64,000 nucleotides of DNA from an uncultured Dehalococcoidia bacterium (GTDB taxonomy: Bacteria; Chloroflexota; Dehalococcoidia; Lucifugimonadales; UBA3495): NCBI GenBank assembly GCA_958296225.1, contig OY282456.1, positions 3,750,523 to 3,814,522 of the forward strand, read 5' to 3'. Under the pieces are notes generated by a model. That model was not told the origin of the DNA. It ran no database searches and saw only the letters and a list, made by a program, of their open reading frames with translations. A program made the position numbers and the translations under genes. Positions 43,218-52,544 of this stretch are shown one piece after another. Each line of letters begins with the position of its first letter. Positions within the stretch are counted from its first letter, which is position 1.

Positions 43218-44743
43218 TGGCAACCTACTCTGCTTCGGGCAACGTACAAGCGATTGCCCACAAATGGAAGCCCATAAGCCCGCTGGCGGGAAACTGCGAC
43301 TATGACTTTTCTGAAATTGACTCGCTGCAACGGCAGTGGCTCGCTGCCAAGGGCGCGCGCGGCGCGGCGTATAAAGCATTCCTGGAACGGCTGACGCGCA
43401 GTTGGGCTATCGAAACCGGCATCATTGAGGGGCTGTACACCCTTGACCGGGGGATGACCGAAACGCTGGTGACACGGGGCATCTCCGCCGACCTCATTGA
43501 GCGGAGCGCCACCAATAAGGAGCCATTGGAACTGGTCAGCATATTGCGTGACCACCAAAACGCAGTGCATGGAGTGGATGCCGAAATCAGGGACCGGAAG
43601 CCGATTTCGCGCAGCGCAATCCGCCAGATTCACGCTACCCTGACCCAAAACCAGCCGACGTTTCAGGCGATGAATCAATTCGGACAGCGATTTGAAACAC
43701 GGTTAAATCGTGGCGGTTTCAAGACGATGCCGAACAACCCAACCAGAAATGACGGGGCACTTCACGAATACTGCCCGCCGGAACAGGTTGATAGCGAGTT
43801 GGACAACCTGCTCCAATGGTACGGCCAATACACACAGGATACCGGACGTTATCACCCATTGCTGACCGCGGCGTGGCTCCACCACCGCTTTACCCAAATC
43901 CATCCCTTTCAGGATGGGAACGGCCGGGTCGTCCGCACCTTGCTAACCTGGCATTTGGTACGGGAAGATTATCTGCCTGTGGTAGTAAAAAGGGATGATC
44001 GCGAGCAATACATTGCGTCCCTCGAAGACGCCGACCGGGGCAATCTGGCACCTTTCGTTGACCTGCTAGTGCGCTTGCAAAAGCGGACGATTCTGGAGGC
44101 TCTCGGCGAACCTGAATCCGTCGAACCGGCAGGGGCCTTTGAGCAAGTCCTGGACCATATCGTTCAGCAAGTTGGCCGTCAAGGTGACAGCAGAGAAGCC
44201 AGAATGCGCTCGGTCAATGGAATTGCGGAGGCGCTTCGCAACCATGCCGCCGATATGCTGGCGCAGCGGGCTGAGCAAGCAGGTTCCAGCCTGCAGCGAG
44301 CCGGGATAACCGTTTTGCCTGATGTCCTCAAAGGAGGCCCGCAGGAAAGGGAACACTGGTATCGCCATCAGGTAGTCCAAACAGCCAATAACTCCGGGCA
44401 CTGGGTAAATTTCAACGAATCCAGGTTTTTCGTCAGACTCACCCTGACACCGAGCGCGGCAGCCCGATTGCCGCGGCTCGTCTTTGTGGTGTCACTGCAC
44501 CACACTGGACGGCAACTGACCGGCGTTATGGCCGCCACCGCCTTCGCTCTCATTGAGCATTACTACGACGACGTTTCCGAGCCGGCAGAAGAACGGGAAC
44601 CGCTTCCTCTCATCGACTGCACTATGGAACCGTTCACCGTTACTTGGGAAAGCGACACGGACGCTATGCTGCCGCGCTTTTCGGAATGGGCAGAACAACG
44701 CCTGGCTATGGCATTGCGGCAGTGGGGAAAATACCTCTCCTGA
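43217..44743 (+). CDS. Fic-domain protein (predicted AMPylase or related phosphotransferase)
   Basis: The ATG overlaps the aroK stop (TAATG). The Fic motif HPFQDGNGRVVR is present. An upstream TGIIEG fits the [ST]xxxE[GN] inhibitory-helix pattern. The product is 508 aa. Confidence 0.88.
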   Translation: MATYSASGNVQAIAHKWKPISPLAGNCDYDFSEIDSLQRQWLAAKGARGAAYKAFLERLTRSWAIETGIIEGLYTLDRGMTETLVTRGISADLIERSATNKEPLELVSILRDHQNAVHGVDAEIRDRKPISRSAIRQIHATLTQNQPTFQAMNQFGQRFETRLNRGGFKTMPNNPTRNDGALHEYCPPEQVDSELDNLLQWYGQYTQDTGRYHPLLTAAWLHHRFTQIHPFQDGNGRVVRTLLTWHLVREDYLPVVVKRDDREQYIASLEDADRGNLAPFVDLLVRLQKRTILEALGEPESVEPAGAFEQVLDHIVQQVGRQGDSREARMRSVNGIAEALRNHAADMLAQRAEQAGSSLQRAGITVLPDVLKGGPQEREHWYRHQVVQTANNSGHWVNFNESRFFVRLTLTPSAAARLPRLVFVVSLHHTGRQLTGVMAATAFALIEHYYDDVSEPAEEREPLPLIDCTMEPFTVTWESDTDAMLPRFSEWAEQRLAMALRQWGKYLS

Positions 44744-44776
44744 CCGATGCCCGGCCCCAGACAAAGGAGCTTTGAG

Positions 44777-45877
44777 ATGACCACTCCCAACCTCGCCGCC
44801 ACCGTTCACCACTCCGGCGGCAGCTACCCCGTCATCGCCGGCTGGGGTGTCATTGAACGCCTGGGCGAGCATATCACCGAGCTGGGGCTGGGCAATACCG
44901 CCTACATCATTACCGACGACAACGTGATGCGGCCCTACGGACGCAACGCGCAGTGGGCCTTGCAGCGGGCCGGCATCGCGGCCCATTGCTTCGTCATACC
45001 GGCCGGCGAAACCAGCAAGTCTTTCGGGCAGGCGCAGGAAATCTACGAGTGGCTGGTTGGCCTGAAAGCGGAACGGGGGCAGCCCATCATCGCCATCGGC
45101 GGGGGCGTGGCCGGTGATTTGGGCGGCTTTGTCGCCAGCACCTTCCTGCGCGGCGTGCCTTTCGTGCAGGTGCCCACCAGCATGGCGGCGATGGTGGACG
45201 CATCCATTGGCGGCAAGGTGGCCGTCAACCTGCCCCAGGCCAAAAACATGGTGGGCGCCTTTTACCAGCCCCGGGCGGTGCTGGCCGACGTGCAGGCCCT
45301 GTCCAGCCTGGGCAAGCGCGAACTGTCGGAAGGCTGGGCCGAAGCCATCAAACACGGCTTCATCCTCGACCCTTCGCTGGTGGACATATTCGAGGAACAC
45401 GCCGAGGCGCTGATGGAAGTCGAGCCGGAAATCTCTACTGAAGTCATCCGTCGCAGCATGGCCATCAAGGCCGATGTGGTCAGCCAGGATGAGCGCGAAA
45501 CCCTGGGCATCCGCATCCTGCTCAACTACGGCCACACCATCGGCCACGCGCTGGAAGCGTCCACCGAGTACGGACGCTTTATGCACGGCGAGGGCGTGTC
45601 CGTCGGCATGATGGGCGCCGGCCGCATCGCCCGCGAAATGGGCATGATTGGCGACGACATCCTGGAGCGCCAGCGCAACCTGCTGGAGCGGTTCAACCTG
45701 CCCATCACCGCAGCCGGCGTTGACCTGGACGCAGTGCGAGGGGCCATGTCCCTGGACAAGAAAACCGTCGGCGGCGCCAACCGCTGGGTGCTGCTGGAGG
45801 ACGTAGGCCAGGCCACCGTCCGCCGCGACATTCCCACCGCGCTGGTAGATGAGACGCTGGCCTGGCTAACACGATAA
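44777..45877 (+). CDS. aroB: 3-dehydroquinate synthase
   Basis: I set the start at MTTPNLAATV, preceded by AAGGAG. Supporting motifs are GGGVAGDLGGFVA, VQVPTS..AMVDASIGGK and NYGHTIGHALE. Confidence 0.92.
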   Translation: MTTPNLAATVHHSGGSYPVIAGWGVIERLGEHITELGLGNTAYIITDDNVMRPYGRNAQWALQRAGIAAHCFVIPAGETSKSFGQAQEIYEWLVGLKAERGQPIIAIGGGVAGDLGGFVASTFLRGVPFVQVPTSMAAMVDASIGGKVAVNLPQAKNMVGAFYQPRAVLADVQALSSLGKRELSEGWAEAIKHGFILDPSLVDIFEEHAEALMEVEPEISTEVIRRSMAIKADVVSQDERETLGIRILLNYGHTIGHALEASTEYGRFMHGEGVSVGMMGAGRIAREMGMIGDDILERQRNLLERFNLPITAAGVDLDAVRGAMSLDKKTVGGANRWVLLEDVGQATVRRDIPTALVDETLAWLTR

Positions 45878-46223
45878 TTGCTGCCGGCAGCGGACATAGA
45901 GCGAGGAATCGCCACCAGGCAACGCACACGTGGCAAACCGCCGTTGCCAATGGAACGCGATTGCCACGCTGCGCTCGCAATGATATTTTGCGCGCGGGCC
46001 TGACCCTTGATATGAGACGATTGCGAAACTCACGCCGCGACCCAGACGCGCCGCGCTGGTCAGCCGATATACCGGTGGCTCCCGCGGCGACGGCGTACCG
46101 GTTCAATGTGCGGCGTTCCGGCAGCCTGATTTTGGTCCACTTGCGTTGGGTCATGCGCTATTGCTCTTGGCCTGGCTAGGGTCTGTTTACATTCAACCCC
46201 CTCACCCAGGATGGTACCCAAAG

Positions 46224-47126
46224 CTAGCTGGTTGGCTCGCTGCGAGCAGAAACCCGGAGTAATTCTTCTCCGTTTCCTTTGTAATCCGGGCTGAAAGCGA
46301 GGATGCCAGCGATGTTTGCATATCTAGATCTCTCCTCATCTGTTTCGTGAGATGGTTGTATCGTTTGGATTCTGCCGCTTTCCTTTTCAGTCAATGTAAC
46401 TGTCCTTAAAATCGGGGCTGGCCATATTGTATGTTGGTGTCCCACGGCTGGAGGAAATGCGATTGTAGGTAGTCTGCCTACGTTTTCGGTTCCTGGTTCT
46501 GGGATGTACCTGGCTTGTTGGTGTTCTTCTCCGATTTGTATGTCTATCCTGTTTTTCTCCCATACGAGGTCTTTTACCCAGCCGGTTCTCCTCAACTCTT
46601 TGTAGTTTTCGCCGTATGCTCTGAATAGGTCTGCTATGTGGAATAGGTGTCCCATTTCACCCACTGCTGCCCCTTTTGCGGTCCCTTTCTTTCCTACTAT
46701 CATTGTTCCGTAGCCGATTGCTCGTTTGTATAGTCTGGTGCTGAAGTACTTGGATTCTCTGTCTCGGCTTTTATCTGGCCTTATAGTGGATACAAGACAG
46801 GCGTATCCGTCGTCATCTATCAGTATTGCGTGGCAGGGGCATTGAAACTTGGGGAAACTTTTCCATATTTGTCCGAACCTCTTTACGTTGCAGTCTGATC
46901 ACATTACTTGTTGGTTATACAGGTTTCCGTACAGTTGAGCTTGTACTTCCTTAGGGCAGTGCTTGATAAAGGCTTTGGGGATCAGGTGGTCTTTCGTGAT
47001 CTCCTCTTTCTGTATTGGTTGATGGCATCCGCCGATGTGGGTGCCACAGAGTCCTTTGTCTCTTGAGAACAGTTGGTCTCTGTTGAGTTCCTCTCTCTTT
47101 TTGTTCATGCTTTCTTTCCTTGTCAT
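46224..47126 (-). pseudogene. HNH-nuclease-domain ORF (300 codons) interrupted by one in-frame TGA at 46899-46901; low-G+C island
   Basis: The 75-aa ORF (CGTHIGGC...TKDHLIPKA...NLYNQQVM*) and the downstream 224-codon frame (SDCNVKR...) are in the same frame. The TGA sits where the first Cys of the second CxxCNxxK zinc knuckle is expected. There is no start codon for 65 codons after the TGA. Confidence 0.7.
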
Positions 47127-47518
47127 TGTACTCCAGTCGGTGCTGATTGACCGCTAGTGTAACCGGTCGGGACCGGTTTCCGGCGTGGCCGTAGGACCAC
47201 GCCGGGGCCTGTCTGCGGTGACGCCAGGGGAATGGGTTGGCGGCGCCCGGGTAGCCCGGGGGTTAGTGTTTCACGCTCAGACGAATGCGCAACTGATTCG
47301 CGGTTCGAGGTTGCGTTCTGTGGTGAGTGAGTATTACGGGATACGCAACGCGGGTTCACCTTTGTGGGGGAGCGAATTCGTCTGACCTGCTGGCCGTGGG
47401 CGCAGTGCCGTGGCCTTTTCCCGTCTCACGGGCACGTAATCTACTCCTGGCCCAGCATTGTACTGCTGGGGCGTAGTTTCGCAATTTTCTGCTTGATATA
47501 AAGTCCTCTTGACACTGT
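47127..47518 (-). ncRNA. Candidate highly structured 5' leader or ncRNA upstream of the HNH ORF
   Basis: This GC-rich ~390 nt lies between a predicted promoter and the HNH ATG. Stems include 47161-47178, 47180-47205 (9 bp perfect), 47246-47260, the long-range pair 47277-47286 with 47376-47385, the nested pair 47310-47316 with 47343-47349, and further stem-loops near 47420-47435 and 47448-47470. Strand assignment rests on the promoter only. Confidence 0.4.
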
Positions 47519-47524
47519 TAGCCG

Positions 47525-47553
47525 ATTGTAGCAGAGTAGCCGGCAGTTCCCAA
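47525..47553 (-). promoter_or_regulatory. Predicted promoter reading toward the structured leader and HNH ORF
   Basis: On the minus strand, TTGGGA (47553-47548) is followed by 17 nt and TACAAT (47530-47525). Confidence 0.45.
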
Positions 47554-47615
47554 TTTACGCCCTTCCGTTGACCGTGCGGTTGCCGGCGTCACGCCAACCC
47601 CGGAGGATTGCCCCA

Positions 47616-48347
47616 ATGGATTTCATCCCTGAACGCGCCCTGGTGATTACGCCCCATCCCGACGACGCCGAGGTGTGGGCCGGCGGCACTATCGCCAGGT
47701 GGGTGCGCGGGGGCGCCGAAGTGCATTGCGTGCTGTGCACCGACGGTGGCAAAGGCTCCGATGACCCGGAGCTTGATTCCGCCGCGCTGGCCGCAGCCCG
47801 CAGCCGGGAGCAGTTGGCCGCCGCCGCCATCCTGGGGATAACCGACGTGGTAATGCTGGGCCGGCCCGACGGGGAGCTGGAAGACACCTCCGATTTTCGC
47901 AAGGCCCTGGTGCGCCAGATTCGCCTGGTCAAGCCCGACGTGGTGCTCACCACCGAACCCTACCGCCGCAATATGCAGTGGCACCGCGACCATCGCATCG
48001 CCGGGCAGGTGGCCCTGGACGCCGTGTTTCCCTACGCCCGCGACCATCTGCACTTTGGCGAGCTGTTCACCAACGAGGGCATTGAACCGCACAAGACCGC
48101 CGCCATTATGTTCTGGGGGTCGGAAAACCCCAATACCTTCGTGGACATCGCCCCCGATTTCGATACCAAGATGGACGCGGTGATGGCCCACGCCACACAA
48201 ACCCGCCAGCGCAGCCGGGCGGATGTGCAAGCCTTCATCCGGAGGCGGGCCGAGGAAGCCGCCGCGGCCGGCAATTCCTACCCGGAGGAAGCCGTCAGCG
48301 GCCTGACGCTGGCCGAAGCGTTCCGCCGCGTAACTTTTCGCACGTGA
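47616..48347 (+). CDS. PIG-L/LmbE-family N-acetylglucosaminyl deacetylase-like protein
   Basis: I set the start at MDFIPERALVITPHPDDAEV, preceded by GGAGGA. Supporting motifs are PHPDDAE, DHRIAG and HATQ. Confidence 0.85.
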   Translation: MDFIPERALVITPHPDDAEVWAGGTIARWVRGGAEVHCVLCTDGGKGSDDPELDSAALAAARSREQLAAAAILGITDVVMLGRPDGELEDTSDFRKALVRQIRLVKPDVVLTTEPYRRNMQWHRDHRIAGQVALDAVFPYARDHLHFGELFTNEGIEPHKTAAIMFWGSENPNTFVDIAPDFDTKMDAVMAHATQTRQRSRADVQAFIRRRAEEAAAAGNSYPEEAVSGLTLAEAFRRVTFRT

Positions 48348-48469
48348 CGGGCCGGCGGCTCTCTCGGCATCGCAAGGGCGGTTCGGCGGTATCAAGGCGT
48401 AAGACCGGGAGCGTTCCTTCTTGAGCACCGGCTTGAACACCGGGAGCCGTCTGCCGTAACACAGGCGCC

Positions 48470-49876
48470 ATGCTTCTCACCATCTCCACAACGCACCGGC
48501 CGGCGACCGACCTGGGGTTCCTGCTGTACAAAAACCCGGCGCGGTTCCAGTCGTTCCGGCTCCCGTTTGGACGGGCGGATGTTTTCTACCCCGAAGCGGG
48601 GAAGGACCGTTGTACGGCCGCGCTGCTCCTGGACATCGATCCGATAGGGCTGGTACGCCCGAAGCCCGGCGGGCCGAACGCCGGCGGCCGGGTTGAGCAA
48701 TATGTCAACGACCGCCCCTACGTCGCGTCATCACACCTGAGCGTGGCCATTGCCTCCGTTTTTGGCAGCGCGCTGGCGGGGCAGAGCCGGGAGCGGCCGG
48801 AGCTGGCGGAGCGGGCTATTCCCCTTGAGACTCGCATTGAAGTGGCGCCGGCCCGGGAAGGCGCCGGCCTCATCCGCAAACTGTTTGAGCCTCTGGGTTA
48901 TACCGTAGAGACGCAGGGCCATCCGCTGGATGGGCGTTTTCCGGAGTGGGGCGCCAGCCCATACTTCAGCGTAGGCTTAACGTCGGTATCCCGGCTCCGG
49001 GACCTGCTGGCGCACCTGTACGTGCTGCTGCCCGTGCTGGACGACGACAAGCATTACTGGGTGGGCGACGCTGAGGTGGACAAGCTGTTGCGCTTCGGCG
49101 AGGGCTGGCTGGGCAGCCATCCGCAGCGGGACCTCATTTCGCGCCGCTACCTGAAGCACCAGCGCGACCTTGTGAACCAGGCGCTGGCTCAACTTCTCGA
49201 TACCGGTCAGACCGACCCCGGCATCGCCTCAGTGCGACACCAGCAGGAAGAGGAGCAGCTGGAAGCGCCCCTGCGCCTGGGCGAGCAGCGGATACAAACT
49301 GTGCGGGACACGCTCCGCACGCTGGGCGCAGCGCGGGTTCTTGACCTGGGCTGTGGTGAAGGTAGGCTGATTAGCGAGCTGCTTAAGGAGCCGGCGATTC
49401 GTTCCGTAACCGGCCTTGACGTTTCCCACCGGGCGCTGCAAGCGGCCCGACAGCGTTTGCACATGGATACCCTGCCCAACCGGCAGCGGGAACGCATTAC
49501 CCTGCTGCATGGGTCTCTCACCTATCGAGACCGTCGGCTGTCCGGCTATGACGCCGCGGTAGCGATGGAGGTAATCGAGCACATCGACGCCCCACGACTT
49601 GACGCCTTTGAGGAGGTCGTGTTCGGCGCGGCGCAACCCGACGCGGCGCTCATCACCACGCCCAATGCGGAATACAACACGCTATTCAGCGGGCTGCCCA
49701 ATGGAGCGTTCCGGCACCGGGACCACCGATTTGAGTGGACGCGGGAGGAATTCCGGGCCTGGTCGCGCCGAGTCGCCGGCCGCCGCCAGTACGACGTGCG
49801 TTTCCAGGACATCGGGCCGGAGAACGCCGTTCACGGCGCGCCGACTCAGATGGGAGTCTTTACCCGATGCAGATAG
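48470..49876 (+). CDS. hen1: 3'-terminal RNA ribose 2'-O-methyltransferase Hen1 (bacterial RNA repair)
   Basis: MLLTISTTHRPATDLGFLLYKNP is the typical bacterial Hen1 N-terminus. The C-terminal SAM methyltransferase has VLDLGCGEGRL and MEVIEHID. The gene overlaps the pnkp start by 10 nt. Confidence 0.88.
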   Translation: MLLTISTTHRPATDLGFLLYKNPARFQSFRLPFGRADVFYPEAGKDRCTAALLLDIDPIGLVRPKPGGPNAGGRVEQYVNDRPYVASSHLSVAIASVFGSALAGQSRERPELAERAIPLETRIEVAPAREGAGLIRKLFEPLGYTVETQGHPLDGRFPEWGASPYFSVGLTSVSRLRDLLAHLYVLLPVLDDDKHYWVGDAEVDKLLRFGEGWLGSHPQRDLISRRYLKHQRDLVNQALAQLLDTGQTDPGIASVRHQQEEEQLEAPLRLGEQRIQTVRDTLRTLGAARVLDLGCGEGRLISELLKEPAIRSVTGLDVSHRALQAARQRLHMDTLPNRQRERITLLHGSLTYRDRRLSGYDAAVAMEVIEHIDAPRLDAFEEVVFGAAQPDAALITTPNAEYNTLFSGLPNGAFRHRDHRFEWTREEFRAWSRRVAGRRQYDVRFQDIGPENAVHGAPTQMGVFTRCR

Positions 49877-52440
49877 CCATACCGGAACTGTGCCTGGTGG
49901 CGCTCATCGGCCCCAGCGGGTCGGGGAAGTCAACCTTTGCATCCCGGCACTTCAAGCCTACGGAAGTGGTGTCCTCCGATGCGTGCCGGGCGATGGTGGC
50001 GGATGACGCCAATGACCAGGCCGCAACGCCCGACGCTTTTGAGCTGCTCAACTACATAGCGGCCACCCGCCTGCGGGCCGGACGCCTCACGGTGATTGAT
50101 GCCACAAGCGTACAGCCGGCGGCGCGCAAGTCTCTGGTGGCGCTCGCCAGGGAGCACGACTGCCTGCCGGTGGCCATCGTACTGGATATGCCGGAGGCGC
50201 TGTGCCTGGCCCGCAACCGGGAACGCCCCGACCGGGCGTTTGGCGCGTCGGTGGTGCGCCGGCAGGTAGAACAGCTCCGGCGCTCCCGGCGCGGCCTGCA
50301 ACGCGAGGGCTTCCGGCACGTGTTCGCGCTCAACTCCCCCGCCGAGATGGATGCCGCCACCGTTGCGCGCGTGCCGATGTGGACCAACCGGCAGCACGAG
50401 CCGGGGCCGTTTGACATCATCGGCGACGTGCATGGGTGCTTTGATGAACTGGCCATCCTTCTGGAACGTCTGGGGTACCAATTGGCGGTTCGGGCCGACT
50501 CCGACGGGGGAACCGGCTTTGCCGTCACCCATCCGCAAGGTCGCAAGGCGGTGTTTCTCGGCGACCTTGTAGATCGGGGGCCGGGTGTTGCCAGCGTATT
50601 GAAGCTCGTGATGTCCATGGTGTCGGACGGCGTGGCGCTGTGCGTCGCCGGCAACCATGAGTCCAAGCTCGTCCGCAAGCTCCGTGGCCGGAACGTTCAG
50701 GTATCTCACGGACTGGCCGAGTCGCTGGAACAGCTGGAGTTGGAATCCCCTGATTTCCGGCAGCAGGCCGTCGAGTTCCTGGACGGACTGATTAGCCACT
50801 ACGTGCTTGACGGCGGGAAACTGGTAGTGGCCCACGCCGGGATGAAGGCTGAATACCAGGGCCGCGCCTCCGCGCGAGTGCGAGACTTTTGTCTTTACGG
50901 GGAGACCACCGGAGAAACGGACGAGTGGGGCCTTCCGGTGCGCGCCGACTGGGCCGCCGCGTATCGCGGCCGGGCGATGGTGGTCTATGGCCATACCCCG
51001 GTGGCGGAGCCGGCCTGGCTAAACCGTACCATGAACATTGATACCGGCTGCGTCTTTGGCGGCCAGCTGACCGCCCTCCGGTACCCGGAACAGGAGCTGG
51101 TGTCGGTTCCGGCGGCGCGGGTCTATTATGCGCCGGCCAGGCCCCTGGCCGAAAGCGCCCCGCCGGCAGAATCCCCGACGCCAACCGAGGCGCGCGCGCC
51201 GAATCTGCTGGACATTGACGACGTGATTGGGAAGCGCATTGTTGCGACCCGGCTGCGCGGCAACGTTGGGGTTCGGGAAGAGAACGCGGCGGCAGCCCTC
51301 GAGGTGATGAGCCGTTTCGCGCTGGATCCCCGCTGGCTGGTGTACCTTCCGCCCACCATTTCCCCGTGTGATACTTCCAAACTGCCCGGAATGCTGGAAC
51401 ATCCGGCGGAGGTATTCAACTACTTTCGCAATAACGGCGTGTCAAGCGTGGTCTGCGAAGAAAAGCACATGGGTTCACGGGCCATCGTTGTGGTGGGGCA
51501 GGACGCCGCAGTAATCGAGCGGCGATTCGGCATCACCGGCGAAGGCATTGGGGCCTGTTACACGCGGACGGGGCGCCGGTTTTTTGATGACCGCGGCCTT
51601 GAGGCGCAATTCCTGGAGCGGGTTCGCGCCGCGCTGGCCGCCGCCGGTCTCTGGGCTGAGCTGGAAACCGATTGGGTAGTTCTGGACAGTGAACTCATGC
51701 CCTGGTCAGTCAAGGCTCAAGAGCTGCTCCGGGAGCAGTATGCGGCGGTGGGCGCGGCGGCGCGGGCCAGCCTGACATCCGCAAAGGCGCTCCTCCGGCA
51801 GACGGCGGCGCGTGGCATTGACACCGGCGAGACCCGGCTGCAGGTTGAAGAGCGCCTGCGCCAGGCGCAACTCTACAGCGATGCCTATGCCCGCTACTGC
51901 TGGCCGGTAACATCCCTTGACGACATCCGGCTGGCGCCATTCCACCTGTTGGCGAGCGAGGGCCGGGTGCACACCGATAAGGGCCACGTGTGGCATATGG
52001 ATGCGGCCTCACGCTTGCGCCAGGCCGACCCCGCGCTGTTCCAGGCCACCAGGCATAAAGTGGTGGCGCTGAACCCCTCGGGTGAAGTTGAGGCTACCGG
52101 CTGGTGGGAGGAACTGACCGGCGCCGGCGGGGAAGGGATGGTAGTAAAGCCCACCGATTTTGTCGCAACGGGCCAGCGCGGCCTGGTGCAGCCGGCCGTG
52201 AAATGCCGGGGCGTTGAGTATTTGCGCATCATCTACGGCCCGGAGTACACCCGGCCGGAAAACATCGAACGTCTGCGGAATCGCGGGCTCGCCGCGAAAA
52301 GGTCGCTGGCGCTTCGGGAGTTCGCTGTGGGCATTGAAGGTCTCCGGCGTTTCGTAGAGCGGGAACCTCTGTACCGAGTGCATGAGTGCTCCTTCGCGGT
52401 ACTCGCCCTGGAAAGCGAACCCGTTGACCCCAGGCTATGA
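49867..52440 (+). CDS. pnkp: Polynucleotide kinase-phosphatase-ligase Pnkp (bacterial RNA repair)
   Basis: I set the start at MQIAIPELCLVALIGPSGSGKST, which includes the kinase P-loop. The metallophosphoesterase domain has IIGDVHGC...GDLVDRGP...GNHE. The ligase-type adenylyltransferase has VCEEKHMGSR. The product is 857 aa. Confidence 0.9.
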   Translation: MQIAIPELCLVALIGPSGSGKSTFASRHFKPTEVVSSDACRAMVADDANDQAATPDAFELLNYIAATRLRAGRLTVIDATSVQPAARKSLVALAREHDCLPVAIVLDMPEALCLARNRERPDRAFGASVVRRQVEQLRRSRRGLQREGFRHVFALNSPAEMDAATVARVPMWTNRQHEPGPFDIIGDVHGCFDELAILLERLGYQLAVRADSDGGTGFAVTHPQGRKAVFLGDLVDRGPGVASVLKLVMSMVSDGVALCVAGNHESKLVRKLRGRNVQVSHGLAESLEQLELESPDFRQQAVEFLDGLISHYVLDGGKLVVAHAGMKAEYQGRASARVRDFCLYGETTGETDEWGLPVRADWAAAYRGRAMVVYGHTPVAEPAWLNRTMNIDTGCVFGGQLTALRYPEQELVSVPAARVYYAPARPLAESAPPAESPTPTEARAPNLLDIDDVIGKRIVATRLRGNVGVREENAAAALEVMSRFALDPRWLVYLPPTISPCDTSKLPGMLEHPAEVFNYFRNNGVSSVVCEEKHMGSRAIVVVGQDAAVIERRFGITGEGIGACYTRTGRRFFDDRGLEAQFLERVRAALAAAGLWAELETDWVVLDSELMPWSVKAQELLREQYAAVGAAARASLTSAKALLRQTAARGIDTGETRLQVEERLRQAQLYSDAYARYCWPVTSLDDIRLAPFHLLASEGRVHTDKGHVWHMDAASRLRQADPALFQATRHKVVALNPSGEVEATGWWEELTGAGGEGMVVKPTDFVATGQRGLVQPAVKCRGVEYLRIIYGPEYTRPENIERLRNRGLAAKRSLALREFAVGIEGLRRFVEREPLYRVHECSFAVLALESEPVDPRL

Positions 52441-52544
52441 GAGCCGCCGCGTAGCATAGCCTTTCGGTTTTCATTGCTATTGCCTCGACCATACCCGACC
52501 TGTACACTCGCGCCCAGGCTGGCCTCTGCCGGGAGGTGTAACGA

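Noticed and set aside
45956-46045. attgccacgctgcgctcgcaat and related attgcga motifs near the aroB 3' flank as an att site or island boundary
   Set aside because: They are only imperfect short palindromes, and I could find no matching direct repeat on the other side of the low-G+C segment.
46896-46940. Reading the in-frame TGA of the HNH ORF as selenocysteine
   Set aside because: I could not fold a convincing SECIS-type hairpin in the ~40 nt downstream of the TGA. A one-nucleotide nonsense change from a Cys codon is simpler. I kept this as a low-probability alternative only.
47296-47320. tRNA-like T-loop (GGTTCGAGG) suggesting a tRNA integration site for the low-G+C island
   Set aside because: The flanking bases do not form a T-stem, and I could not build acceptor or anticodon arms.
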